Below the pieces are notes generated by a model. The model was not told the DNA's origin. It ran no database searches and worked only from the letters and a program-made list of their open reading frames with translations. Positions 9,945 through 19,889 of a stretch of DNA of 64,000 nucleotides are shown here, piece by piece. The position numbers were made by a program, and so were the translations under genes. How positions within the stretch are numbered: the stretch's first letter is position 1; each line of letters opens with the position of its first letter. Source of the DNA: an uncultured Rhodospirillales bacterium (GTDB lineage: Bacteria > Pseudomonadota > Alphaproteobacteria > CACIAM-22H2); assembly GCA_937926175.1 (NCBI GenBank), contig CALANV010000058.1, positions 47,544 to 111,543 on the forward strand, written 5' to 3'.

Positions 9945-10535
9945 GAGTGCTGGTTCCTCTGTTCGGGTCTGGCTGTGGGTCGCGCGTCGTCGACGCGGGC
10001 GCCGTACGGTTTCACCGGCGCCGACCGCCGCCCCGGCGTGCCCGGTTCCGTCGAACTCGAGTGCCGCGACCTGCCGGTAGGCCCGCCGGACCTGCTCGAA
10101 CTGCTGCTCGACGACCGTCCGCACCGCATGCGGCAGCACACGGTCGCTCGCGAGCAGCGATTCGAATTTCTCCTTCACGCGCTCCTCGCTGCGCTGGATC
10201 TCCTCGATCATGGCGCGCCGATCATTCGGCGAGAGCGCCAGCTTCACCTCGGTGTAGAGACGATGCGCCGATCCGACGACGGTGCCGCGATCTTCCGGTA
10301 CGCCGCCAAGACCGCGCACTTCTTCCTGCAGGCGCGCGGCGATCGCGTCATGTTCGGCGGCGAGCGCCGCGAGCAGGGATTTCACGCGCTGATCTCTTGC
10401 GGCTTCGGCGCCCTTGGAAAGCGCTTCGGCGCCATCCAGGACAATGGCGATCATTGCGTTGAGGGTATCAACGCCAGTCGGAAGGTTCATGCGACTCTGC
10501 CATCGGATCTCGTCTGCTATCGGATCTCGGTACAT
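9714..10535 (-). CDS. PA2169-family four-helix-bundle protein (DUF2383, ferritin-like); ORF continues in-frame without a stop through the small protein above
   Basis: MNLPTGVDTLNAMIAIVLDGAEALSKGAEAARD...RAYRQVAALEF is about 150 aa of DUF2383-like sequence, then a low-complexity linker, then the small protein. EcfG-type promoter upstream. Confidence 0.55.
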   Translation of the reverse strand: MYRDPIADEIRWQSRMNLPTGVDTLNAMIAIVLDGAEALSKGAEAARDQRVKSLLAALAAEHDAIAARLQEEVRGLGGVPEDRGTVVGSAHRLYTEVKLALSPNDRRAMIEEIQRSEERVKEKFESLLASDRVLPHAVRTVVEQQFEQVRRAYRQVAALEFDGTGHAGAAVGAGETVRRPRRRRATHSQTRTEEPALMTKQRNEGEGNKTAAKEYNEATRQFVESGQVEKKADEAMKAREGTEREALERAEKTGKQQAKEEDPQIERDYAKPA

Positions 10536-10540
10536 CAGTA

Positions 10541-10566
10541 AACGGCGCCGATGTCAGAACAGTTCC
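10541..10566 (-). promoter_or_regulatory. EcfG-type (general stress response) promoter, GGAAC-N17-CGTT, for the DUF2383 gene
   Basis: Minus-strand reading is GGAACtgttctgacatcggcgcCGTT. The -10 ends about 6 nt before the ATG at 10535, so the transcript may be leaderless or start at the MNLPTG ATG (10490). Confidence 0.5.
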
Positions 10567-10598
10567 GTCGCCCGGATGCTTGAGCGTCCGGCGGGCGC

Positions 10599-10624
10599 GG
10601 AACAACGGCCACGGTCGCGCGTAT
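10599..10624 (+). promoter_or_regulatory. EcfG-type promoter, GGAAC-N16-CGTA, for the DUF883-holin operon
   Basis: GGAACaacggccacggtcgcgCGTATATT, about 95 nt upstream of the ATG at 10721. Back-to-back with the promoter above. Confidence 0.45.
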
Positions 10625-10720
10625 ATTCGGGGACGGATCCGCGTAAAGCACCGCCTTGACCGCCGCGTTGCCGCGAACGGGTCGAATTGCGCGCCGGCAG
10701 AGCCGATGAGGAGGCCGCAG

Positions 10721-11068
10721 ATGAAAGCTGGTCTGACGAGGGACGATATCGATACGCTCCGCTCCGAGCTGAGAACGCTGCGCGACGATCTCAAGGACAT
10801 CGGCAACGAGGTCGGCCATCTGGCCACGCGCGTCGCACGGACATGGACCCGTCCCGCGCCGCGCGGCTGGATGCACCGGATCGCGCACGCGGGTCCGTTC
10901 CGGCGCGATACGGGCGAGCCGTGGTCGGATCTGCGCGCCCGCGGCGCGCATTCGGTCGACGCCGTACGGACGGCCGTTCAGGATTATCCCCTCGCCGTGG
11001 TTCTCGGCGCCTTCGCGCTGGGCTGGATGATCGCAGCCGCGATGAGATCGCGCCCGACCCGCGAATGA
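10721..11068 (+). CDS. DUF883 (ElaB/YqjD/YgaM-like) membrane-anchored stress protein
   Basis: MKAGLTRDDIDTLRSELRTLRDDLKDIGNEV... coiled coil plus a C-terminal TM helix PLAVVLGAFALGWMIAAA. SD GAGGAGG 6 nt upstream. Confidence 0.75.
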   Translation: MKAGLTRDDIDTLRSELRTLRDDLKDIGNEVGHLATRVARTWTRPAPRGWMHRIAHAGPFRRDTGEPWSDLRARGAHSVDAVRTAVQDYPLAVVLGAFALGWMIAAAMRSRPTRE

Positions 11069-11499
11069 CCCCGTTTGCCGTTCTCTCGGGCCTCGGGGTG
11101 CTGCAGCAGTTCCGTGCCACCCTCAATGGATGGGTGCGCCGCCTGACGACGGCAGGCGCCTATGGCGGCGTCGCGTTCACGCTCGTGATCGCCGCTATCG
11201 TGTTCCTCGGCGCGGCACTGTTCCTGTGGCTCGCCGAGAACATGTCGCCGCCGCTCGCGGCGCTTATCGTCGCGTTCGTGCTGCTGGTCTTGGCAGCTCT
11301 CGCCGTCGCGCTTGCCCGGCATGCGGTCAATCACGGCCGGCACGACCAACGTTCGCCGGTGCCGATGGCCGGACTCGACACGGATCTCGCCAAAGTCCTC
11401 GGGGGGGCCAACATGGGTCTCGCCTACGCGGTCATCGCCGGTCTTATCGGCGGTCTCCTCGCCACGCAAATGCGCTCGCGCAAGTCCAAGTCCGACTGA
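11065..11499 (+). CDS. phage-holin-family (Holin-X-like) small membrane protein, commonly paired with DUF883
   Basis: MTPFAVLSGLGVLQQFRATLNGWVRRL... with 2-3 TM helices. ATGA overlap with the upstream gene. Confidence 0.65.
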   Translation: MTPFAVLSGLGVLQQFRATLNGWVRRLTTAGAYGGVAFTLVIAAIVFLGAALFLWLAENMSPPLAALIVAFVLLVLAALAVALARHAVNHGRHDQRSPVPMAGLDTDLAKVLGGANMGLAYAVIAGLIGGLLATQMRSRKSKSD

Positions 11500-11604
11500 A
11501 ACGGCGGCGGTTCGCCTACGGAGCTGACCAAGGCAGCGCCCGCGGCGCCATTTGCGGCGCCGGCCCATCGTCTCTACGATGGGGGCGTATCTGGGCCGAC
11601 GTCC

Positions 11605-12912
11605 ATGATCTACCTGGAAATCCTGATCGTTCTGGCGCTCATCGTCCTGAACGGCTTCTTCGCCATGTCGGAGCTTGCGGTGGTGTCCGCACGCAAGTCC
11701 CGCCTGAAGGCGCTCGTCGCGGACGGCTCGTCTCGCGCCCGCGCGGCACTGCAGCTCGCCGAACAGCCCGGAATCTTCCTACCCACCGTCCAGATCGGCA
11801 TCACGCTCATCGGTGTGCTGGCGGGTGCCTTTTCGGGCGCGACGATCGCGGAGAAGCTGTCCGACTGGTTCGACCAGTTCACCAGCCTCCGTCCCGTGAG
11901 CGATGGACTTGCCATCGCGCTGGTCGTGGCCGCGATCACCTACTTGTCGCTCATCATCGGCGAACTCGTGCCGAAGCAGCTGGCCCTGCGCAACCCCGAG
12001 GCGATCGCAATGCGCGTCGCCCGGCCCTTGCGGCTGATCGCGCGTGCGACGAGCCCGGCCGTATGGCTTCTGCGCGTGTCGAGCGACGTCGTGCTTCGCC
12101 TCCTCGGCGTGCGCGGCGAGGCGACGACCGCCGTCACCGAGGAAGAGATCCGGGCCCTGGTCGCCGAAGGCACGCGGGCCGGCGTGTTCGAGGAGTCAGA
12201 GCGCGAGATCATCGAGCGTGCGCTGCGGCTCGATGATCGCTCCGTCCAGACGGTGATGACGCCGCGCCACGACGTCGTCTGGCTCGACGTCACCGACACG
12301 GCGGAAGAGGTGGCGCGCAAGGTCCGCGAGAGCGGGCATTCACGCTTTCCGCTCTGCAACCGTACGCCGGACGACGTCGTGGGCATCGTTCAGGTGCGCG
12401 ACCTGCTGCCCCTCTGTCTCGCCGGCGCGCCGTTCGACCTTCATGCGGCGGTGCGCCCGGCGCCGGTCCTGCACGAGCATGCAACGGCGCTGGAGGCGCT
12501 GGAACTCATCCGCAAGTCGCCGGTGCACATGGGAATCGTGGTGGACGAGTACGGGACCTTGCAGGGCGTGGTGACGATCACCGACATTACCGAGGCGATG
12601 GTCGGCACGATCAGGGAGAGCGATCGAGCGGAAGAACCCGAGGCGACCCGGCGCGACGACGGATCCTGGCTGGTCGACGGCCTGATGCCGATCCCGGAGG
12701 TGAAGCAGGTCATCGGTATGACCGACATCCCGGAAGACGAGGGCTTCCACACGCTGGCCGGCTTCATCATGTGGAAGCTCGGCCGCCTGCCCAAGACCGG
12801 TGACGCCTTCGACTGGAACGGCTGGCGCGTGGAGGTCGCGGACATGGATGGACGCCGCATCGACAAGGTCAGCCTGAGACCGCCGGTCGCAGCACCCACG
12901 TCGGAGTCCTGA
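11605..12912 (+). CDS. HlyC/CorC family transporter (DUF21-CBS pair-CorC_HlyC; TlyC-like)
   Basis: MIYLEILIVLALIVLNGFFAMSELAVVSARKSRL... DUF21 TM domain, CBS domains and C-terminal transporter-associated domain. Confidence 0.9.
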   Translation: MIYLEILIVLALIVLNGFFAMSELAVVSARKSRLKALVADGSSRARAALQLAEQPGIFLPTVQIGITLIGVLAGAFSGATIAEKLSDWFDQFTSLRPVSDGLAIALVVAAITYLSLIIGELVPKQLALRNPEAIAMRVARPLRLIARATSPAVWLLRVSSDVVLRLLGVRGEATTAVTEEEIRALVAEGTRAGVFEESEREIIERALRLDDRSVQTVMTPRHDVVWLDVTDTAEEVARKVRESGHSRFPLCNRTPDDVVGIVQVRDLLPLCLAGAPFDLHAAVRPAPVLHEHATALEALELIRKSPVHMGIVVDEYGTLQGVVTITDITEAMVGTIRESDRAEEPEATRRDDGSWLVDGLMPIPEVKQVIGMTDIPEDEGFHTLAGFIMWKLGRLPKTGDAFDWNGWRVEVADMDGRRIDKVSLRPPVAAPTSES

Positions 12913-13025
12913 GCAGGGCCGCGGATCGCGCGTTTCCCGGGCGATTGGTCACCACACACGTCGACGTTTCGTCGAACGGCAGGTCCCGTTGCGGGCGCGT
13001 ATCGTCCGCGCGGCCCCACGTGACG

Positions 13026-15062
13026 TCAGCGCCGACGCTCAGGGGCGCCCGAGTGCGGCTCCGGCAATTCGCCCTCCTGCACCTGCTCGCGCATGCGCGC
13101 ACGGATGTCGGTGACGAGACCGGTGCAGTCGCTGTCCTTGCCGAGACCGACGTCGACGAAGGCGAGCGGGGCCGCGAACGGCGTCAAGGTGACGCCGAGA
13201 ATGGTCGCGAGCCCGAGCCGGGCGATGAGCGGCACATACTGGATGCTGACAACAGGATCGGACAAGGTTCCCTCGATCGTGACCGGCGAGCGGCCGCTGA
13301 ACAGGCTGAGGTCCTTGGGCTGCGGCACGAAGCGGAAGAAGATCTCTTCGGGCGCGAACTTGATCGCGCCCTCGCCGGTGATCTTCGTGTCCGTCGTGTC
13401 GAAGACGATCGCCCGGCTGCCCATCGTGCCGTCGACGAAAGCGAAGTCGGCGATCATGCAGCGGATCGGGACGGGCTTGTTGCCGGTCGCAAGAAAGCCC
13501 AGCGCCTCTGTCGCGTCGAGCCCCGCGAGTTCGATGAACAAGGCGCCGATCGTGCCCTGCTCCATGGCGATGCCGAGCTCGCCTTGCGCGGAATTCAGCA
13601 TCTCCTGCACCGAATTGCCGCGCCCCTGGATCTCGGCGCGGCCGCCGATCGTGCCCGAACTCGATTGGGACTGCTTGAGGCGGCGCTCGAATGAGCGCAC
13701 GACCTGGCCGACCGGCAGGCGGCTCAGCGATACCACGGTCTTGTACGTCGCCGGCTTCGCATGCGTGTCGAGGTCGAACACGAGATCGGCATTGCCGTCG
13801 CCGATCCCGAAGCGCAGGGGCCCGACCCGGAGGCGCCCGTTCTCGAGCTGCACCTCCGTCGTGACCTGCTCGACCTCCAGCACCGGTGAGTTCACGCGAC
13901 GCCCGTCGAACGCGACGGTTGCATCGACGGTCTGGAGCGCACTGAAATCGATCGGGGTTTCGGGAATCACGCCCTGATCTTCGGATCTCGGCGACGGCTT
14001 GCGGGTCTCGATGCCCCGGGCCTGCTTCTCCTCGGTCCGGCGCTGGGCCTGTTCGTGGCCGGTCTCGCCGCGTTCCTTCCGGCTGGTGCCGACGAGATCG
14101 CCAAGATCGAGCAGGCGCGAGGTAAGGTCAGCCGTGATCTTCGGCCGCTCGCCGCGCGGGTCATAGGCGATCTCACCGGTCAGGTCGCTGTCGCCGATCT
14201 TCGCCTCGAACGGCGCAAGCCGCCAGACTTCGCCTTCGCGCACGATCCTGCCGTCGAACACGTAGGGCGGCGTCGGCGGTATGGTGATGCCGGTCAGTTG
14301 GTAGAAATCGCCCGCATCCTGCACATCGACATGGACCTGTGCTGCGAGGCCCGCGCCGCGCAGCGGCTCCTCGAGCGTGCCGTCGATCCGGCCCTGCGTG
14401 GAACCCACGTCGAAGGCCAGCTCGAAGGCATAAGACTTTTCCGTGTCGTCGAGGTCGGCGAGCGGATCGGCGTCGCCCGACAGGCGGATCTCCTGTTCGC
14501 CGATCCGGCCGCGCCCGTCGATGACGACGCGCCCGCCGCCGCGCTCATCCGCCGCGACGGTATCGATGCCGACCCCAAGATCGATCTTGGCGGCGGGATC
14601 GCGATAGATGACCTGTGCTTCGTTGATGACGACCTGCCGTACGGGGAAGGTGGGGGCAGTGTCGGTGGGCGGCTGCTGCTGACGGAATTGCCAGTTGCTG
14701 CGGCTTTCGGCGTCCTTCTCGGCGAGAAGCAGCGGCCGGTCGAGCGCGAGCCGGTGAACGTCGATGTGGCCGGTGAGAAGCGCGGTCAAGTCGAGCACAA
14801 CCTCGACGCGCGGTATCTCGACCATGTTGGGCGCGCTGCCCGTTTCGATGTTCGCGACCGTGAGGTCGGTGGCGACGATACGCGGGCGCGGCGTGAGATC
14901 GATGTCGAGACCGCCGATGCGCACGGCGCGGCCGAGGCGCTCGCCGGCCTGTCGCTCGGCGATCTGCCGGGGCAGATCCGATTTCAGGAACGCGACGCCG
15001 GCCAGTATCAGGACGGCGAGAACGGCGCCGACGATCGCGACGATCCGCGCAAGACGTGACAT
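13026..15062 (-). CDS. asmA: AsmA family outer-membrane biogenesis protein
   Basis: 678 aa, N-terminal signal anchor MSRLARIVAIVGAVLAVLILAGVAFL, long beta-rich repeat body typical of the AsmA/TamB-like family. Confidence 0.75.
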   Translation of the reverse strand: MSRLARIVAIVGAVLAVLILAGVAFLKSDLPRQIAERQAGERLGRAVRIGGLDIDLTPRPRIVATDLTVANIETGSAPNMVEIPRVEVVLDLTALLTGHIDVHRLALDRPLLLAEKDAESRSNWQFRQQQPPTDTAPTFPVRQVVINEAQVIYRDPAAKIDLGVGIDTVAADERGGGRVVIDGRGRIGEQEIRLSGDADPLADLDDTEKSYAFELAFDVGSTQGRIDGTLEEPLRGAGLAAQVHVDVQDAGDFYQLTGITIPPTPPYVFDGRIVREGEVWRLAPFEAKIGDSDLTGEIAYDPRGERPKITADLTSRLLDLGDLVGTSRKERGETGHEQAQRRTEEKQARGIETRKPSPRSEDQGVIPETPIDFSALQTVDATVAFDGRRVNSPVLEVEQVTTEVQLENGRLRVGPLRFGIGDGNADLVFDLDTHAKPATYKTVVSLSRLPVGQVVRSFERRLKQSQSSSGTIGGRAEIQGRGNSVQEMLNSAQGELGIAMEQGTIGALFIELAGLDATEALGFLATGNKPVPIRCMIADFAFVDGTMGSRAIVFDTTDTKITGEGAIKFAPEEIFFRFVPQPKDLSLFSGRSPVTIEGTLSDPVVSIQYVPLIARLGLATILGVTLTPFAAPLAFVDVGLGKDSDCTGLVTDIRARMREQVQEGELPEPHSGAPERRR

Positions 15063-15388
15063 GCCGTCGTAACGCGTCCCGTCGCGGCCACGTTCCGGCG
15101 ATACGCGGTCATCACCGGGCGGTTCCGTCCGGACGTTCGGTGCCGGTCAGGTTAACGATGACGGCAAGCCCGGCTCCGGGACACGGCTGTGGCGACCGGT
15201 TGAGCGCCGACGCGAGCGTCAGCGCGAGCGTCAGTACGCGAGTTCGCCCGCACGCGCCCTGCCAAGATGGTTGTCATCGTAGCGGTACGGACGCATGTTT
15301 GCCCTTGCGTTCGGTCCGGGCCGGTTCCGTTGGGCGCGCCATGAAGCGGTCCGGTCGACGCACGACGACGCTCATGTAAGTCTCAGCG

Positions 15389-16228
15389 ATGAACTACCGG
15401 CACGCCTTTCACGTCGGCAACTTTGCCGACGTCATGAAGCACGCGACGCTGACGCTCGTGCTCGAACACCTGAAGATGAAGGAAGCGCCGTTCTGCATGC
15501 TCGACACGCATGCCGGCGCCGGCCGCTATGACCTGTGGGCGGAGCCTGCGCAGAAGACCGGCGAGTATCGCGAAGGCATCATGAAGGTGCTGGGTTCACC
15601 GGCGTCGCCTTGGCTTGCGCCCTATCTCGCCGTCGTGCGCGCGTTGAACAAAGGAAGCGCCGAGATCCGCTGGTATCCCGGCTCGCCGATCCTCGCGTTG
15701 TCGTTGATGCGCCGTCGGGACCGGCTGGTTCTGTGCGAGCTGCATCCCGAGGATGCGCGCACGCTCGAACAGCATGTCGCGCGCGACCGGCGCGCGCGCG
15801 TATATCACGCCGACGGTTACATCGCGCTGAAGGCGTTGCTGCCGCCCAAGGAGCGGCGCGGGGTCGTCCTGATCGATCCGCCGTTCGAGGTGACGGACGA
15901 GTTTGCACGAATCATGCGCGGGCTCGGCCACGCGTATCGCCGCTGGGCGACCGGCATCTACCTGGTCTGGTACCCGATCAAGCATCGGGCGCCGGTGCGG
16001 GCGTTTCACGATGCGCTGACCGCCTCCGGCATCCGCCGCATCCTGGTCGCCGAACTTCTGCTACGGCCCGACACCGATCCCGAGCAGCTCAACGGCTCGG
16101 GCATGATCGTGATCAATCCGCCATGGCGGCTCGACGAGGCGCTTGCGGAGCTGCTGCCGGACCTGCTGCGGCGCTTCGATGTGACGCAGGACGGGAGCAC
16201 GCGCATCGAGATGATCGTGCCCGAATGA
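15389..16228 (+). CDS. rlmJ: 23S rRNA (adenine2030-N6)-methyltransferase
   Basis: MNYRHAFHVGNFADVMKHATL...VLIDPPFE matches the RlmJ/YhiR family. Confidence 0.9.
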   Translation: MNYRHAFHVGNFADVMKHATLTLVLEHLKMKEAPFCMLDTHAGAGRYDLWAEPAQKTGEYREGIMKVLGSPASPWLAPYLAVVRALNKGSAEIRWYPGSPILALSLMRRRDRLVLCELHPEDARTLEQHVARDRRARVYHADGYIALKALLPPKERRGVVLIDPPFEVTDEFARIMRGLGHAYRRWATGIYLVWYPIKHRAPVRAFHDALTASGIRRILVAELLLRPDTDPEQLNGSGMIVINPPWRLDEALAELLPDLLRRFDVTQDGSTRIEMIVPE

Positions 16229-16323
16229 ACGCAGCACCCCCGTTGCGAAACCGCATGCAAAGAGAGGATGCGTTCGCGCGTGACGAGCACCAGTCGCGGC
16301 GCGCGGCCTATGCCGCGCGGTGT

Positions 16324-16866
16324 TCAGGCGACGGGCGCGCTCTGTACCGGCGCGTTGCCGGTCACCTCGACCGCCACCGCCTCCGGTCCCTTGCGGGCCT
16401 GCACCACCTTCATGCGCACCGTCTGACCCGGGGTGAGTGAACTCAGTCCGGCATTGCGCAGGACGGTAATGTGCAGGAAGACGTCCTTGCCGCCGGCGTT
16501 GGGTGAGATGAATCCATAGCCCTTGAGGGCGCTGAACCACTTCACCACGCCGTCCATTTCCTCGGCGTTCTCGATCGGAAGCGGCGGCGCACCCGCCGGT
16601 CCCGTCGGCCGCGGCCGCGCCGGCCGCGGCTGCGCGCCGGCATCGACCTGAAGAACGCGGAGCACCTGCCGGCCTTTCGGGCTCTGCCCGATTTCGACCA
16701 GCATGCCGGCCCCTTCACCGACGGAGTCATACCCCGCCTGCCTCAGTGCCGACAGATGCAGGAAGGCTTCCGGTGAACCGTCGACGGGTGTAACGAAACC
16801 GAATCCTTTCGCTGCGTTGAACCATTTAACCGTGGCACGTATCGCGCCGTCCCCAGACGCTTGCAT
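16324..16866 (-). CDS. cold-shock protein with two tandem CSD domains
   Basis: Two copies of VKWFNAAKGFGFV/VKWFSALKGYGFI cold-shock RNP motifs. Long 5'UTR region with an AT-rich stretch upstream. Confidence 0.9.
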   Translation of the reverse strand: MQASGDGAIRATVKWFNAAKGFGFVTPVDGSPEAFLHLSALRQAGYDSVGEGAGMLVEIGQSPKGRQVLRVLQVDAGAQPRPARPRPTGPAGAPPLPIENAEEMDGVVKWFSALKGYGFISPNAGGKDVFLHITVLRNAGLSSLTPGQTVRMKVVQARKGPEAVAVEVTGNAPVQSAPVA

Positions 16867-17104
16867 ATCGATCCCCTAAGTCCTCCTCACCTGTTCCGAG
16901 GTTTTCATCGCCAGTTATTGTTCCGGAACAGTAAAGCTAACCCTATCATTCTCGTCCCCGAGCGACAAATCCTGTTTTTAATGACCTGGACAGGCACGGC
17001 CAGGCCGGTTTTCCTCCCAAATCCCGTCTTTTGACGCATTGCAACGTCGGAATTTCTGTGCTCCAAGGAGGCATCCGCCGAGTTTTTCATCAACTTTGTA
17101 AGCA

Positions 17105-18307
17105 ATGCCGATGACTAGTTTTGCGACCCTCGACGAATTGCAGGTGACCGGCAAGCGCGTGCTGGTCCGTGCCGATCTCAACGTGCCCATGCAGGACGGC
17201 CAGGTAACCGATGCGACCCGGATCGAACGCGTCGCCCCGACCATTGCCGAGCTGCGGCAGAAGGGCGCCAGGGTCATCGTGCTGTCGCATTTCGGTCGTC
17301 CCAAGGGAAAACCCGATCCGTCGATGTCGCTGCGTCCGCTCGTACCGGCGTTGAGCCGCGCGCTCGGTGGCGTGCCGGTCAGTTTTGCCGAGGATTGCAT
17401 CGGTCCGGCAGCGGCGGCGGTCGTCGACAAACTCAATGACGGTGACGTGGCGCTGCTCGAGAACGTGCGCTTTCATGCCGGCGAGGAAAAAAACGATGCC
17501 GCGTTTGCGCAGCAGCTCGCGCAGCTCGGCGATATCTACGTCAATGACGCATTCTCGGCCGCGCATCGCGCGCATGCCTCGACCGAGGCGATCGCGCGCC
17601 TCTTGCCCAGCGCGGCGGGACGGTTGATGCAGGCCGAGCTCGAGGCGCTGTCGAAGGCGCTCGAGCAGCCGGCCCGGCCCGTCGCCGCAATCGTCGGCGG
17701 CGCAAAGGTTTCGACGAAGCTCGACCTGCTCGGCAATCTGATCGGCAAGGTCGACATTCTGGTCATCGGCGGCGGCATGGCGAACACGTTTCTGTTCGCG
17801 AACGGCGTCGACATCGGCAAATCGCTGTGCGAGCGCGATCTGGCCGACACGGCGCGCCGCATCATGGCCGATGCGTCAGCCGCAGGACGCCGCATCGTTC
17901 TGCCGGTGGATGCCGTGGTCGCGCCGGCGCTGACCAGCGGTGCCGCAGCCGAGACGGTACCGATCGGGCGCGTTCCCGCCGACATGATGATCCTCGACAT
18001 CGGCCCGCGTTCGATCGAGGAGACGATCCAGACCATTTCGTCCTGCCGGACGCTGGTCTGGAACGGTCCGGTGGGCGCATTCGAGCATCCGCCCTTCGAC
18101 CAAGGGACTAATGCTTTGGCACAGGCGGTCGCGCGGCTGACCAAGGAAGACAAGCTGCTGTCGGTTGCAGGCGGCGGCGACACCGTGGCCGCTCTTGCCC
18201 ATGCCGGCGTGGAGAAGGACTTGTCGTATGTCTCGACGGCCGGCGGCGCGTTCCTCGAGTGGCTCGAGGGCAAGGAACTGCCGGGCGTCGCGGCGCTGAT
18301 GCGCTGA
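17105..18307 (+). CDS. pgk: phosphoglycerate kinase
   Basis: [10 protein letters not shown]...SHFGRPKGK...GGGMANTFL signature motifs. 400 aa. Confidence 0.95.
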   Translation: MPMTSFATLDELQVTGKRVLVRADLNVPMQDGQVTDATRIERVAPTIAELRQKGARVIVLSHFGRPKGKPDPSMSLRPLVPALSRALGGVPVSFAEDCIGPAAAAVVDKLNDGDVALLENVRFHAGEEKNDAAFAQQLAQLGDIYVNDAFSAAHRAHASTEAIARLLPSAAGRLMQAELEALSKALEQPARPVAAIVGGAKVSTKLDLLGNLIGKVDILVIGGGMANTFLFANGVDIGKSLCERDLADTARRIMADASAAGRRIVLPVDAVVAPALTSGAAAETVPIGRVPADMMILDIGPRSIEETIQTISSCRTLVWNGPVGAFEHPPFDQGTNALAQAVARLTKEDKLLSVAGGGDTVAALAHAGVEKDLSYVSTAGGAFLEWLEGKELPGVAALMR

Positions 18308-18457
18308 AGACGCCGTTCCATCCACCGAACCGGCGCCGGCCTTGAGTCCGGCCGACGAGTCAATGCGTCATCCCGTCTGACGCGACCGGCGCCGCGCCCG
18401 TTCGCGGGACGGGTGGGACACTTGGGACAGCTCGCACGAACAGGGCCACTCCAAATG

Positions 18458-18490
18458 AAAACGCCCGCCGGGTTTCGACCCGGCGGGTGC
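18458..18490 (+). terminator. stem-loop terminator downstream of pgk (GC-rich hairpin, weak U-tract)
   Basis: aaaaCGCCCGCCGGGTttcgACCCGGCGGGTG has an 11-12 bp perfect stem. The U-run is on the complementary strand. Confidence 0.5.
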
Positions 18491-18725
18491 CGGAACGCAT
18501 AGGTCGGAAAGTCATGATGGATGCTGCGCTCCAGCGCCATCGTGCGACTTTCCCGCAAGCCGGATGGAATCTCGTACTACGACGATGCGCAATGCGGAAC
18601 TGTCCGGACTCGTGCGGTTCCGCAGGTCCTTTTGTCCCGCGACGCGGTCGTGCCGACATTGATCCGTGCCGGGACTCGCGACACACTGGCAACGTATCGC
18701 GCATGAAGCTTCTAGTTCGCGGAAG

Positions 18726-19103
18726 ATGGCACGCCGGCTCAAGATCACCGTCGATGGAATCGCGCTGACCGTGGATATGTTCGACACGCCGACGGCGGAT
18801 GCGCTGTGGCAGGCGGCACCGTTCGAGGCGCGGGCGCAGACCTGGGGTGACGAGGTCTATTTCACCACGCCGGTCAGCGTCGCACGCGAAGCATCGGCGC
18901 GCGACGTCGTCGCGCGCGGCGAGATCGCCTTCTGGCCGGACGGCGATGCGATCGCGATCGGATTCGGGCCGACGCCGATCTCGCGCGGCGACGAGATCCG
19001 GCTGGCGAGTCCCTGCAATCTGTGGGGCCGTACGGCGGACGACGTCACCCGCCTCAAGACCGTCAGGGCCGGGGCGAAGATCCGGGTCGAACGCGTCGAG
19101 TGA
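18726..19103 (+). CDS. cyclophilin-like fold protein (DUF3830-like)
   Basis: MARRLKITVDGIALTVDMFDTPTADALWQAAPFEARAQTWGDEVYF... conserved small beta-barrel family. Confidence 0.6.
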   Translation: MARRLKITVDGIALTVDMFDTPTADALWQAAPFEARAQTWGDEVYFTTPVSVAREASARDVVARGEIAFWPDGDAIAIGFGPTPISRGDEIRLASPCNLWGRTADDVTRLKTVRAGAKIRVERVE

Positions 19104-19106
19104 CGA

Positions 19107-19889
19107 TCACAGGCTGAGCTGGTCGTAGATGGCGCGGGCGAGGCGGAGCAGCTCCTCGCGCGGAAGATTGGCCGAGAGCGCATAGCCGAAGTGGCGGTCG
19201 ATCCAGTAGAACACGCTGACCCCGTTGCTCTCGACCTTGAAGTGGAACGCGGTTTCCTTCTGATCCGCGTCGGCGTTGCGGATGAACAGGGTGACGCGGG
19301 TGCCGCTCGCATTCTCGTACATGAACTGGCACGCCGCGCCGCCGTCGGCCGCCGGTAGCAGGCGCCCCCCCATCAGCCGGTAGCCGAGCGTCTGGAGATG
19401 GGGGGCCTTGACCTCGCGCCCCATGCGGTTCGACAGCCAGCGCATGAGGTGCGCCTCCTCGTCGGCGCCGACCTCGACGGGGTGGCGCACCTCCGCCGCG
19501 TAGATGGCATGCGCCATTGCCGCCTGCGCCGTCATCGGCACCGGCACCTGCACGACCCGTTCGACGATCTGCGGCGCACGAAGGGCCTGGTTCGCGAACC
19601 AGCCGCCGACGAAGCTGGCGACAAGGAGGCTCGCGGCGAGGGCGGCGCGCCCCATTGTCGCCGGCAGGCGCCGGCGCGACGGGTGCAGCATGGCCGGCGG
19701 CACCGGCTCGGAGAGGACGTGGTCGTAGCGCCGGTGCAATGCCTCGTTGAGCTGCCGGTAAAAGGTGACGCGGGCCGCCGCTTCGGGGTTGTCGGCGAGC
19801 CACGCCTCGACGTCGGCCCGGCGCACCGCCTCGAGCTCGCCGTCGACGAAGGCGTGAAGCTCGCCGTCGCTGACGGGCCGGTGAATCAC
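19107..19889 (-). CDS. anti-sigma factor (single-TM; cytoplasmic N-terminal sigma-binding domain, periplasmic C-domain)
   Basis: MIHRPVSDGELHAFVDGELEAVRRADVEAWLADNPEAAARV... then TM helix AALAASLLVASFVGGWFA. ATGA overlap with the ECF sigma gene. Confidence 0.75.
   Translation of the reverse strand: MIHRPVSDGELHAFVDGELEAVRRADVEAWLADNPEAAARVTFYRQLNEALHRRYDHVLSEPVPPAMLHPSRRRLPATMGRAALAASLLVASFVGGWFANQALRAPQIVERVVQVPVPMTAQAAMAHAIYAAEVRHPVEVGADEEAHLMRWLSNRMGREVKAPHLQTLGYRLMGGRLLPAADGGAACQFMYENASGTRVTLFIRNADADQKETAFHFKVESNGVSVFYWIDRHFGYALSANLPREELLRLARAIYDQLSL

Noticed and set aside
13093-15059. Plus-strand ORFs 13093..13977 and 14055..15059 inside asmA
   Set aside because: They lie antisense to a well-supported AsmA-family gene. 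Their composition is Ser/Arg/Pro-rich with no motifs.
17536-18558. 340-aa minus-strand ORF overlapping pgk
   Set aside because: It is antisense to a canonical pgk with complete signature motifs and has Arg/Ser-rich junk composition.
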